The notes beneath the pieces are model-generated. The model had not been told where the DNA came from. It made no database searches and saw nothing but the letters and a program-made list of their open reading frames with translations. From an uncultured Candidatus Saccharibacteria bacterium (GTDB lineage: Bacteria > Patescibacteriota > Minisyncoccia > Phycocordibacterales > UBA918), in contig CAZBJN010000001.1 in the NCBI GenBank assembly GCA_964492305.1, positions 13,926 to 59,288 of the forward strand: a stretch of DNA of 45,363 nucleotides, in the 5' to 3' direction. Each line of letters starts with the position of its first letter. The first letter of the stretch is position 1. Made by a program: the position numbers and the translations under genes. This document shows positions 8,370 to 16,796 of this stretch, in pieces.

Positions 8370-8918
8370 ATGTCTGGACATAACAAATGGTCAAAAATTA
8401 AGCACAAGAAGGCAGCCACTGATGCGCAGCGTAGTCGCATTTTTTCTAGACATTCGAGGGCCATCACTATGGAGTCACGTCAGGCAGGCGGCGACATCAC
8501 TTCCCCAAGTCTGGCAGCAGTAATTGAGCGGGCCAAAAAGGATTCAATGCCAAAAGAAAACATTGATCGAGCTGTTGCTAAAGGTAAGGATGCTGATGGC
8601 GCAGCTCTACAAGAAATTCTATTTGAAGCCTTTGGTCCCGGCGGCACCGCCCTTCTCATCACTACCGTTACCGACAACAACAATCGCACTGCTCCAGAAC
8701 TAAAAAATATCTTTACTAAAGCCGGCTACCATCTTGGCGCACCAGGATCAGCCGCTTGGGCTTTTACCAAAACCGCTGAAGGCTATCTCCCAAACACTCC
8801 GCTTGAGTTGTCTGACGAAGATGGTGAAAAACTAGCAGCTCTAATTGAACGTCTAGAGGAGCATGATGACGTGCAAGATATTTACACCACCGCAGACGAC
8901 CCTAGTCATGAAGAGTAA
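8370..8918 (+). CDS. yebC: YebC/PmpR-family protein (short, 182 aa)
   Basis: N-terminus MSGHNKWSKIKHKKAATDAQRSRIF and C-terminus LEEHDDVQDIY are diagnostic. The middle domain appears shortened. Confidence 0.85.
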   Translation: MSGHNKWSKIKHKKAATDAQRSRIFSRHSRAITMESRQAGGDITSPSLAAVIERAKKDSMPKENIDRAVAKGKDADGAALQEILFEAFGPGGTALLITTVTDNNNRTAPELKNIFTKAGYHLGAPGSAAWAFTKTAEGYLPNTPLELSDEDGEKLAALIERLEEHDDVQDIYTTADDPSHEE

Positions 8919-8920
8919 TT

Positions 8921-9391
8921 ATGAAAGTACTAGCCATTGACCCTGGATACGACCGTCTTGGAATTGCAGTTTTAGAAAACAGCCCTCAAGGTGAGGTCCT
9001 ACATCACTCATCGTGTTTTGAAACTGACAAAAAAGCTGACTTGTCTGACCGCCTGCTAGCGCTTGGAACCCATATTGAAGAACTTATAATTACCCACAAC
9101 CCAAACAGCGTCGCAATTGAGACACTGTTCTTTAATAAGAACATCACAACTGCCATCGGAGTAGCCCAGGCTCGTGGGGTTATTATGTATTTGGCGCGCA
9201 AACACAACTGTGCCGTCTATGAATTTGGCCCTCAGGAGATAAAAGTGGCTACTACCGGCTACGGCAAGAGTGATAAGGCGGCAGTAGTTCAAATGGTTAA
9301 GCGTTTGGTTAAAGGGGCGCCGGAAACGGCTTTGGATGATGAATATGACGCCATTGCGGTTGGGGTCACCTGTCTTGCGCACCATAGATAA
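8921..9391 (+). CDS. ruvC: Holliday junction resolvase RuvC
   Basis: MKVLAIDPGYDRLGIAVLE (catalytic Asp), ...AIETLFF..., DDEYDAIAVG. Confidence 0.9.
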   Translation: MKVLAIDPGYDRLGIAVLENSPQGEVLHHSSCFETDKKADLSDRLLALGTHIEELIITHNPNSVAIETLFFNKNITTAIGVAQARGVIMYLARKHNCAVYEFGPQEIKVATTGYGKSDKAAVVQMVKRLVKGAPETALDDEYDAIAVGVTCLAHHR

Positions 9392-9474
9392 CATGGTAGA
9401 ATCCGAAGCGTCGTATAAATAGTTTGAATTTTTTCTGTAACTCTGTTACAACATACCGTAAATAAATTGAATGT

Positions 9475-9744
9475 ATGATATTTTTTAGAAATAGTGATGA
9501 GGAAGAAGAACTAGAAACCCCTGACGATGAGGAAGCGGCTTTGGCTGACGACCTTCTTGATGAGGTGGGTGACGATGCTGTAGCCGCTGATGACGACATG
9601 GAGGGGTTTGGTCTTTTAACCGAAGACGATGTGCCTGAGGAGGAAGAAAAAGAGAAGGAGGACGAAGATGAAGAAGAAGCCACTCTAGACGAAGATGCTG
9701 AGGATGTAGATTTTGATACTTTTGACGATATAGACGAGATGTAA
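9475..9744 (+). CDS. extremely acidic small protein (89 aa, 46 Asp/Glu, 3 basic residues)
   Basis: ORF with its own strong terminator. Composition counted by hand. No family recognised. Confidence 0.5.
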   Translation: MIFFRNSDEEEELETPDDEEAALADDLLDEVGDDAVAADDDMEGFGLLTEDDVPEEEEKEKEDEDEEEATLDEDAEDVDFDTFDDIDEM

Positions 9745-9751
9745 AAACATC

Positions 9752-9789
9752 AAAACAAACCCTCGGGCTCAGGCCCGAGGGTTTGTTTT
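9752..9789 (+). terminator. intrinsic terminator
   Basis: aaaacaaaccctcgggc-tcag-gcccgagggtttgtttt hairpin. Confidence 0.8.
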
Positions 9790-10002
9790 GAACCAGGGTG
9801 TTTTTGCTGGCAGAAGAGCCGTCCACCGACGGCACATTTTTAACGTCACCTCTACCCTCGCCCGCTCGGGTATTCAGTGACACACCAGTAGCCACCACCT
9901 AACAAAATACTGCAACAATTGGGTTGCGGGTTTTGTTACATTTAACACAACTGTGCGTATAAGTAAGCAGTGAACTTACGACACACCACCATTCATTAAT
10001 TG

Positions 10003-10131
10003 TCTTAGAGCCTGCCCAAAAACCTCCAGATGCGAGGCGCAACCAAACGAGAACATGAGGCGTATCGGTTATACGGTGAATGTTTGAGTGAGGGAAGCAA
10101 CAAAGTATATGGGGTTTGTGGGCAGGCTCTA
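10003..10131. repeat. ~125-nt palindrome-ended repeat, copy A
   Basis: ttagagcctgcccaaaaacc ... ggtttgtgggcaggctctaa closing stem. The interior aligns with 14096-14223 and includes an identical 30-mer gaatgtttgagtgagggaagcaacaaagta. Confidence 0.8.
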
Positions 10132-10170
10132 AACAAATCGTGGTAATATAGGCTATATATAGGTATATTT

Positions 10171-12384
10171 ATGAAACAAAAATCTTGGTTTAGAAGGAAC
10201 ATTAAGGACATAGCGATCGATTTTTCAATTATCCTCTTTGCAGGAGGTATTATTTTGGCTGCGGGGGTACTTTTTTGGGTATCAACACTTGAAATTCCTG
10301 ACCTCTCAGCTTTTGAAGAGCGCCGTGTCTTACAATCAACCAAAATCTATGACCGTACAGGAGAAATCCTTCTTTACGACCTTCACCAGGATGTTCGTCG
10401 TACAGTAGTGCCATTTGAAAACATCTCTCGCCACCTAAAAAACGCCACTATCGCCATCGAAGATGACAACTTCTATAACCACTACGGAATTGAACCACTT
10501 TCAATCATTCGTGCTGTTGTTGCCAACTTCCAACAAGGAGACCTACTTGGCGGACAAGGCGGCTCTACCATCACCCAGCAGGTAATCAAAAACTCTATTC
10601 TCCAAAAAGAAAAGACTGTGACTCGTAAGGTTAAAGAGTGGATTTTGGCTATTAAACTAGAGCGAATGTTGTCTAAAGATGAAATTCTGTCTATTTACCT
10701 TAATGAATCTCCATACGGCGGAACTATGTACGGGGTTGAAGAAGCAGCGCAATCATTCTTTGGAAAAAGCGCGGCTGATGTCACCTTAGCAGAAGCTGCT
10801 TATATGGCCGCCCTTCCCCAACTACCGACCTACTATTCACCATACGGAAACAACAAAGAAGATCTTGATGAAAGACAAGATTTGGTGCTACAGCGTATGC
10901 TTGTAAAAGGATTTATTACTGAAGAAGAATATAACGAAGCTAAGGATGCAACAGTAGAATTTCAACCTCAGGCTTTGACCGGTATCCGCGCTCCACACTT
11001 TGTGATGTTTATTCGTGAATATCTAGCTGAAAAATACGGTGAGGAAGCCTTGGCTGAGAGAGGCCTAAAAGTAATTACTACCCTAGACTGGGAACTCCAA
11101 AAAGAAGCGGAGCGTATATTGTTTGAAAGAGGTGCCTCAAACGTCGAGAAATTTAAAGCCGACAACGCCGGCATGATTGCCACCGATCCAAAAACTGGAG
11201 ACCTACTAGTAATGGTTGGGTCACGTGATTATTTCAGTGAAGAGATTGATGGTAACTTCAATGTTACTTTAGCTGAACGTCAGCCAGGATCTTCAATTAA
11301 ACCGTTTATCTACGCCACAGCTTTTAGTAAAGGCTTCTTGCCAGACACTGTGGTGTTTGATGTGCGCACACAGTTCTCTCCCGCTTGTCCGGCTGATAGC
11401 TTTAGCTCTGAATCACCTTGTTACTCTCCAAATAACTACAACAACAAGTTCCTGGGCCCGATAAGCTTACGAAATGCTCTTGCTCAATCACTAAACATCC
11501 CGGCCGTGAAGACACTTTACCTAGCGGGAGTAAAAGACAGTCTCAAGCTAGCAGCTGATATGGGTATCACTAGTCTTACCGACCCAGAACGATATGGTCT
11601 CACTTTGGTACTTGGAGGTGGTGAAGTAAAGCTAATTGATATGACTTACGCTTATGGCGTATTTGCCAACAAGGGTGTCCGGGCTGAACCACGCAGCATT
11701 CTCCGCATCGAAGACAACCGCGGAAATATTGTGGAAGAAAACCAAGTCCAAACCCAAAAGGTTCTTGATGAAAATGTGGCTCTGATGATTAGTGACGTAC
11801 TTTCAGATAATGTGGCCCGTACTCCACTTTGGGGCGCAAACTCACTGGTAAACTTCCCAAATAGATCAGTGGCCTCAAAAACTGGTAGTACCAATAACCT
11901 ACGAGACGCTTGGCTTATGGGCTACGCGCCAAACCTAGCAGTAGGAACTTGGGTTGGTAATAATGATAACTCTGCGATGGGTGGCGGACTTTCTGGCTTA
12001 ATTGTTACCCCGATGTGGCGTGAGTTTATGGATATCGCACTAGCTAAACTACCGGAAGAAAGCTTTGAACAACCTGTCATCAATAGAGTTGGAGTAAAAC
12101 CAATTATCCGAGGTGAATATATAGATACTTCAAATCTATTGTCACAAATTGAAAACGGGGATGAAATAGACATCTCATCTATCTACCAAAACATTCACTC
12201 AATTCTCCATTATGTAGACAAGAGCAACCCACTCGGCCCAGACCCTATAAACCCGTCTAGCGACCAACAGTATCAAAACTGGGAATACGCCGTACAGCTA
12301 TGGAAAAATCAAACCTACGGCACTCCAGCTGTTCAGGAGGAGACTGTAGAGGAGGATGAAGGTAGGGATAGGAACAGAAATTAA
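10171..12384 (+). CDS. ponA: class A penicillin-binding protein (glycosyltransferase + transpeptidase)
   Basis: N-terminal TM segment. GT51 motifs EDDNFYNHYGIE, GGSTITQQ, RKVKEW. Transpeptidase motifs SSIKP (SxxK) and KTGST. Confidence 0.9.
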   Translation: MKQKSWFRRNIKDIAIDFSIILFAGGIILAAGVLFWVSTLEIPDLSAFEERRVLQSTKIYDRTGEILLYDLHQDVRRTVVPFENISRHLKNATIAIEDDNFYNHYGIEPLSIIRAVVANFQQGDLLGGQGGSTITQQVIKNSILQKEKTVTRKVKEWILAIKLERMLSKDEILSIYLNESPYGGTMYGVEEAAQSFFGKSAADVTLAEAAYMAALPQLPTYYSPYGNNKEDLDERQDLVLQRMLVKGFITEEEYNEAKDATVEFQPQALTGIRAPHFVMFIREYLAEKYGEEALAERGLKVITTLDWELQKEAERILFERGASNVEKFKADNAGMIATDPKTGDLLVMVGSRDYFSEEIDGNFNVTLAERQPGSSIKPFIYATAFSKGFLPDTVVFDVRTQFSPACPADSFSSESPCYSPNNYNNKFLGPISLRNALAQSLNIPAVKTLYLAGVKDSLKLAADMGITSLTDPERYGLTLVLGGGEVKLIDMTYAYGVFANKGVRAEPRSILRIEDNRGNIVEENQVQTQKVLDENVALMISDVLSDNVARTPLWGANSLVNFPNRSVASKTGSTNNLRDAWLMGYAPNLAVGTWVGNNDNSAMGGGLSGLIVTPMWREFMDIALAKLPEESFEQPVINRVGVKPIIRGEYIDTSNLLSQIENGDEIDISSIYQNIHSILHYVDKSNPLGPDPINPSSDQQYQNWEYAVQLWKNQTYGTPAVQEETVEEDEGRDRNRN

Positions 12385-12387
12385 TAT

Positions 12388-12678
12388 CTAAAGAACGGTT
12401 TGAGGCGAACTCTTCGCTCCAAGCCGTTTTTTTAATTCTGAAAGTAACTCAGTGTGTTTAAATTTTAGCTCTTGTTTAATTACACTAGGAGCGTTTATAG
12501 CCAAAACACGTGTGCTAACAGTATAGGAAATTTGGTGTTCTTTTAGAGTAATGTTGGTTAGTTCACCAATCACTCTAATTGCCTCTAATTCGACGGTTTT
12601 TTGAGGCGCCTGGAGGGTTTTACGGTACTTCTCAAACAAATCCTTAACCGCCACAATTTCACCGCGACGTTTAAACAT
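12388..12678 (-). CDS. DUF721/DciA-like small protein
   Basis: 96-aa ORF directly downstream of dnaN. The C-terminal pattern VLAINAPSVIKQELKFKHTELLSELKKRLG resembles DUF721. The call rests on context plus weak resemblance. Confidence 0.45.
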   Translation of the reverse strand: MFKRRGEIVAVKDLFEKYRKTLQAPQKTVELEAIRVIGELTNITLKEHQISYTVSTRVLAINAPSVIKQELKFKHTELLSELKKRLGAKSSPQTVL

Positions 12679-12681
12679 ACA

Positions 12682-13779
12682 TTACCGATTCATCGGCATT
12701 ACTAAGTAGCGAAGTGACGTATCAGAAGCGCCGGTAATTACGAGCGGCCGTCCAATACCAGCAAAGTTGAGAATAATACTCTCATCGGTAATATGTGAAA
12801 GTGGCTCAATCACATATTGCTGATTAAAGTTAAGAGAAAGCTCATCTCCATTTACAACTGCGTTAATAGTGTCGGTAATGTGACCCACTTCATTATTTTG
12901 AGAAGAAATAGTAACTGTTTTATCTGTAACAGTAAGAGACACCTGCATAAACTTATTTAAGAAAACTGAAGTCTTTTTGAAGGCATTTTGAAGATCATTT
13001 TTAAGGAGCGTAGCCTTAGTTACATATTCCTTTGGAATAATTTGTTCGTAGTCAGGGAAAGATCCTGATACTAACCGTGAAGTTATATATACACCTTCAT
13101 CTGTAAAAGAAAGAGCACATTGATTTTCAGTCACCACTAAAAGTGGGTCTGTTTGTAGTAAGTCACAAATACGAGCTAGTTCAATTGCGTTCTTTTGTGG
13201 CACTAAAAATGAATGTTGAAGAATCACCCCTTTTTGTGGAACGGTTTTTTCCATTAATCTAAATGAGTCAGTAGAAACAAAGGTTAGTGAATGCTCTTTC
13301 TTTTGTTGAATAAATACACTACCAAGTTCTGGTTTAATTGAAGACTGTGAAGCTGCAAAAGCAGATGTTTTGATACCAAGAGCAAAAAGTGATCGGTTTA
13401 ATTGAATACCCTCTCCTTCAAGATGGTGAATATTAGGAAACTCGTCAGCTGAAATAGATTTAATTGAGGTATTAGTTTGTTTTGATTCAATTAACAAAAC
13501 TCCATCCTCAGTTCTAAGTGTCACATCTGATTGACTGATGTATTGAATACTTTGAAGTAGAGTGGCGGCCGGAATAGCAATAGTTCCAACTTCCTGAACT
13601 CTACCAGGAAGTACCACTTCGATACTCAGTTCTAGATTAGTCGCCTTACACACAATTTTATCTTCCGTTACAGTAATGAGTACGCACTGTAGTACTGGCA
13701 ATGTTACATGCTTCGTACTTATTTTTGTGATTAATTCAAGTGATTTAATAAGTTGTGCGTGTGGGACTATTATTTCCAT
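12682..13779 (-). CDS. dnaN: DNA polymerase III beta sliding clamp
   Basis: 365 aa, immediately downstream of dnaA. N-terminal LxxxLxxVxxxxxxKxxxPxL pattern and C-terminal LRYLVMPMNR. Confidence 0.9.
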   Translation of the reverse strand: MEIIVPHAQLIKSLELITKISTKHVTLPVLQCVLITVTEDKIVCKATNLELSIEVVLPGRVQEVGTIAIPAATLLQSIQYISQSDVTLRTEDGVLLIESKQTNTSIKSISADEFPNIHHLEGEGIQLNRSLFALGIKTSAFAASQSSIKPELGSVFIQQKKEHSLTFVSTDSFRLMEKTVPQKGVILQHSFLVPQKNAIELARICDLLQTDPLLVVTENQCALSFTDEGVYITSRLVSGSFPDYEQIIPKEYVTKATLLKNDLQNAFKKTSVFLNKFMQVSLTVTDKTVTISSQNNEVGHITDTINAVVNGDELSLNFNQQYVIEPLSHITDESIILNFAGIGRPLVITGASDTSLRYLVMPMNR

Positions 13780-14220
13780 ATTTAAACTATTTTACTCTCT
13801 ATTATTAGGGTTGTGGAAGTGTGCATATCCTAATTATATGTTGTATTAATTGATTTTTATAGGTGGTCGATTTCCTATCCTAGCTGGGATTTCCTGGGGG
13901 TAGTAGTTAATTACTTGGGGAGAACTGTCATCGATTTGATTATGTACGGTTCTTACCTCTATTTCTCCCCAGCTCGGAGTAACTCCCCTCCCCAACTTCA
14001 CCCACTTCCTTGGCAACTTATACACGATTTATTATACGTTATCCTCAGGTATTTTCAGAATAAAAAATGAGTACCGTTAGGTACTCATTTTTTTATCTTA
14101 GAGATTATCCACAAACTCCCAGCTACGAGGCGCGACTAAACGAAAATATGAAACGTATTTGCTATACGGCGAATGTTTGAGTGAGGGAAGCAACAAAGTA
14201 GGTGGGGTTTGTGGCAGGCT
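13780..14220. promoter_or_regulatory. candidate oriC (dnaA-dnaN intergenic region)
   Basis: Perfect DnaA box TTATCCACA at 14105-14113, 1-mismatch TTATCCTCA at 14039-14047, 2-mismatch TTATACACG at 14018-14026. AT-rich stretch 13790-13860 next to the dnaN start. Confidence 0.55.
14062..14094. terminator. bidirectional intrinsic terminator downstream of dnaA
   Basis: aaaaaatgagtacc-gtta-ggtactcatttttt hairpin. Confidence 0.8.
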
Positions 14221-14223
14221 CTA
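14096..14223. repeat. ~125-nt repeat, copy B
   Basis: Aligns with 10003-10131. The 3' ~65 nt differ at only about 4 positions. It contains the DnaA box at its left end and the dnaA stop codon (14221-14223) at its right end. Confidence 0.8.
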
Positions 14224-15606
14224 CTTTAAGAGCATACGAATTTGGGATATCTCTTCCTCTAGTTCAGAGTTTGATTTAAGTTCAGCCTTTATCTTTTCAC
14301 AAGAGTGAATGACAGTGGTGTGGTCTCGACCACCAAGTTTTTTGCCGATGGCTGGGTATGAAACTTGGAAATCTTCACGGAGGATATACATAATAATCTG
14401 TCTTGGCTTCACAATCTCCTTCCGGCGAGTCTTTTCATAGATACTAGCCTGATCAACATCAAAGTATCTAGCCACCTTATCTACTACATCAGATACTGCC
14501 AAAGTTTTACGCGGCCTTGAGCTGTTTTTAATGATGGCCTTTACCTCATCAAGAGAGAGGGTTCGTCCAAGAAGTTGAGACTGACACATAATAGTGTTCA
14601 AAGCTCCCTCAAGTTCACGGATGTTGCCTTCAATTGAGTGAGCGAGGTGCTCTACTACATCATCAGATAGATTAATACTGTTTTGAGCCGCCTTAGCCTT
14701 AAGAATAGCTGCTCTAGACTCAAGATCTGGGGCTGGGATATCTACAATCATTCCTTGGGCAAAACGTGACTGAAGTCGTTCTTCAAGTCCTGAGAGTAGT
14801 GCCGGGTGCATGTCACTTGAGAAGACAATCTGCTTGTTGGTATCGTGTAAGGCGTTAAAGAGGTGGAAGAGTTCTTCTTGGGTCTTCTCTTTACTGGCCA
14901 AGAATTGTACGTCGTCCATGATGAGTACATCATACTGACGGTACTTATCCTTAAAGCTGTTTGCGGTACCACTTTGGAGTGAGTTGAAATAATCAACTGC
15001 AAAACGCTCACTAGTTACATAAAACACCTTCTTCCCTTGCTTCTTAACTTGGTTCCCTACAGCTTGAATAAGGTGAGTCTTACCATGACCAGTCTTACCG
15101 TAGATAAAGAGTGGATTGTACGCAATACCAGGCTTTTCACTTACAGTCTTGGCGGCAGCGTGAGCTAGAGCGTTGTATGGGCCAATTACAAAGTTCTCAA
15201 AAGAGTATTTTGGATTGAGATTGTCACTCTTATTGATGTAGTATTCCTCTAGCGGAAGAGCGGCGTTGACGGTTTGGGTCTTACTTCCCTCGCTACGTCT
15301 ATCACTTCTTTGTACTACTTCGTATTCTACGCTTCGGACATATGGAGAGACGTCACGAAGGGTTTTTAGAATCATTGATTGGAACTTATCCTGCAACCAA
15401 TCGCGCACAAATACACTAGGAACCGCCAAAGTAGCGGTTCCGTCTTCAAGTGAGAGAATATATGTATCACGGAACCAAGTTTTGAAGTTGGCTGGAGTAA
15501 TCGATAGCTCAATCTTTACTAATGCATCATCCCAAAGCTTTTTTACATCAATGTGTTCGGTGCGAACTATGCTGTTGGTGGTAGAAGGGTGTGAGATAGG
15601 ATTCAT
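14221..15606 (-). CDS. dnaA: chromosomal replication initiator DnaA
   Basis: GKTGHGKTHLIQAVGN, IMDDVQFL, sensor region and C-terminal DNA-binding helix HTTVIHSCEKI. Confidence 0.97.
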   Translation of the reverse strand: MNPISHPSTTNSIVRTEHIDVKKLWDDALVKIELSITPANFKTWFRDTYILSLEDGTATLAVPSVFVRDWLQDKFQSMILKTLRDVSPYVRSVEYEVVQRSDRRSEGSKTQTVNAALPLEEYYINKSDNLNPKYSFENFVIGPYNALAHAAAKTVSEKPGIAYNPLFIYGKTGHGKTHLIQAVGNQVKKQGKKVFYVTSERFAVDYFNSLQSGTANSFKDKYRQYDVLIMDDVQFLASKEKTQEELFHLFNALHDTNKQIVFSSDMHPALLSGLEERLQSRFAQGMIVDIPAPDLESRAAILKAKAAQNSINLSDDVVEHLAHSIEGNIRELEGALNTIMCQSQLLGRTLSLDEVKAIIKNSSRPRKTLAVSDVVDKVARYFDVDQASIYEKTRRKEIVKPRQIIMYILREDFQVSYPAIGKKLGGRDHTTVIHSCEKIKAELKSNSELEEEISQIRMLLK

Positions 15607-15721
15607 AACATTGCAAACAATCTATACAGTAACAAGCATTATACTCTCCTTCTCTGACCTGTAAAATTTCACCTCCAAAATAACTAAAAATGAACCTCTT
15701 TCAAACATAAAAAAACGCAAC

Positions 15722-15751
15722 TGTGAATAACCTGTGTATAAATTATTCCAC
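15722..15751. promoter_or_regulatory. DnaA-box-like cluster upstream of dnaA
   Basis: TGTGAATAA (15722-15730) and TGTGTATAA (15733-15741) each have 1 mismatch to TGTGGATAA. ttattccac follows at 15743-15751. Confidence 0.4.
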
Positions 15752-15837
15752 GACAAACATCAACATCCCATTAATGGCTTGGAAACAATCTTTTAGAGAA
15801 GGAGGTGTTTTTTATGATTTAAACTATTGTGAACGTA

Positions 15838-15866
15838 TTGACACACCCCTATTCGTATCCTACTAT
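15838..15866 (+). promoter_or_regulatory. sigma-70-like promoter, TTGACA-17-TACTAT
   Basis: TTGACA at 15838-15843, a 17-nt spacer, TACTAT at 15861-15866. It lies upstream of the secreted-protein gene at 15934. Confidence 0.5.
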
Positions 15867-15933
15867 TGAAATTGGTAGTCAGTTCCTTGACCTAACCAAT
15901 TCCCCAACCCCCCAACCTTTTAGGAGGTGCATC

Positions 15934-16416
15934 ATGACTTTAGTCAAAACCCTGGTCACTTTTGTGGCCATTACCCTCTCTGTCATGTTGACAGGGGTGG
16001 CTCATGCAGAAACCACAGTCATCAACTACAAGGCACAGCTGCCGGACATCAAGTTCGACACGATCATTGAAACGCACCACATCACCGGCAAAAAGGTGTC
16101 GCTGGCCGACTTCAAAAAAATGGCCAGCGCTTGGTTCGCGAATGACGTCGAGCTGAATACGGCACGCCTGTGCAAAAAGGACCGCGGATCTTTCGCGAAC
16201 ATCGTTCCGTATGAGTACCTTCTGGTCTACTCCATCCGCAAGGGCGAAGACACCTACTTCACTGAAGTCAATGTGTCCGCCAAGGTCGCAAAAGGGTTTG
16301 TGTCGTCTTTAGATAGACGCGAAGACCCATTTTGCGGGGTTTTGACACTAGAGGGTGAAAGCCCCGTGATTGCCGTCATGTACAAGTTTTCACCACCGAA
16401 GGTCGCTGCTCAATGA
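15934..16416 (+). CDS. secreted hypothetical protein (GC-rich orphan cassette)
   Basis: MTLVKTLVTFVAITLSVMLTGVAHA-ETT signal peptide. SD AGGAGG at 15922-15927, 6 nt before the ATG. 16021-16140 is 50-55% GC. The track ORF starts earlier, at 15829. Confidence 0.6.
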   Translation: MTLVKTLVTFVAITLSVMLTGVAHAETTVINYKAQLPDIKFDTIIETHHITGKKVSLADFKKMASAWFANDVELNTARLCKKDRGSFANIVPYEYLLVYSIRKGEDTYFTEVNVSAKVAKGFVSSLDRREDPFCGVLTLEGESPVIAVMYKFSPPKVAAQ

Positions 16417-16439
16417 TCTGTCCACCGACCCCATCCCAT

Positions 16440-16470
16440 ACGCTAGCACTCCCCTGCTAGCGTTCTTTTT
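16440..16470 (+). terminator. intrinsic terminator
   Basis: acgctagca-ctcccc-tgctagcgt hairpin followed by tcttttt. Confidence 0.7.
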
Positions 16471-16599
16471 ATATAGGTTAATAACAAGGCAGGATAAATA
16501 ACATAATAAAATGATAGTAATCTTCGATTAAAGTCATTTGTTTTAACATCCGAATGCCCCCTATTGAATTATTACTACATTCATGTATAGTTGTGCGGT

Positions 16600-16749
16600 A
16601 TGAGTAAAAGAACCTATCAGCCAAGTAAGCAAAAGCGTGCGACCACGCACGGTTTCTTGGTTAGAAGTGCGAGCACGTCTGGCGCCAAAGTAATCCAAGC
16701 TAGACGAAGAAAGGGCCGAGCCCAACTGACTGTAAAAAAAGCTCAATAG
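16600..16749 (+). CDS. rpmH: 50S ribosomal protein L34
   Basis: Hand translation gives [49 protein letters not shown] (49 aa). It is below the 60-aa cutoff of the ORF track. It sits in the canonical position before rnpA. Confidence 0.9.
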   Translation: MSKRTYQPSKQKRATTHGFLVRSASTSGAKVIQARRRKGRAQLTVKKAQ

Positions 16750-16760
16750 GAGCTTTTTTT
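16734..16760 (+). terminator. hairpin overlapping the rpmH stop codon
   Basis: aaaaaaagctc-aatag-gagcttttttt hairpin. Confidence 0.6.
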
Positions 16761-16796
16761 CGTTATGGAGGTATACTTTAGGGATATTTGAGGTAT

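Noticed and set aside
9791-9835. accaggg...gctggcag, reminiscent of SRP RNA helix flanks, plus a gccgtc-cacc-gacggc hairpin
   Set aside because: No GNAR tetraloop or conserved domain IV loops lie between the two halves, and the segment is far too short.
9851-9866. 16-mer tctaccctcgcccgct shared with 17950-17965 (3' end of the pilin-like gene)
   Set aside because: About 0.2-0.5 such matches are expected by chance in 45 kb, and the flanks show no further similarity.
9366-9898. Ser-rich 105-aa ORF (9366-9683, minus) and 137-aa ORF (9485-9898, minus)
   Set aside because: They are mirror images of the GAA/GAT-rich acidic gene on the plus strand. They lack start context and run through its terminator, so they are treated as antisense shadows.
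10005-10343. 112-aa minus-strand ORF
   Set aside because: It spans the non-coding repeat copy A and the antisense of the PBP1A N-terminus. The corresponding frame is not open in repeat copy B.
15799-15822. Perfect SD (AAGGAGGTG) followed after 6 nt by ATG-ATT-TAA, a two-codon mini-ORF
   Set aside because: It lies upstream of the only recognisable promoter on that strand. I cannot tie it to a transcript, so it may be a remnant or chance.
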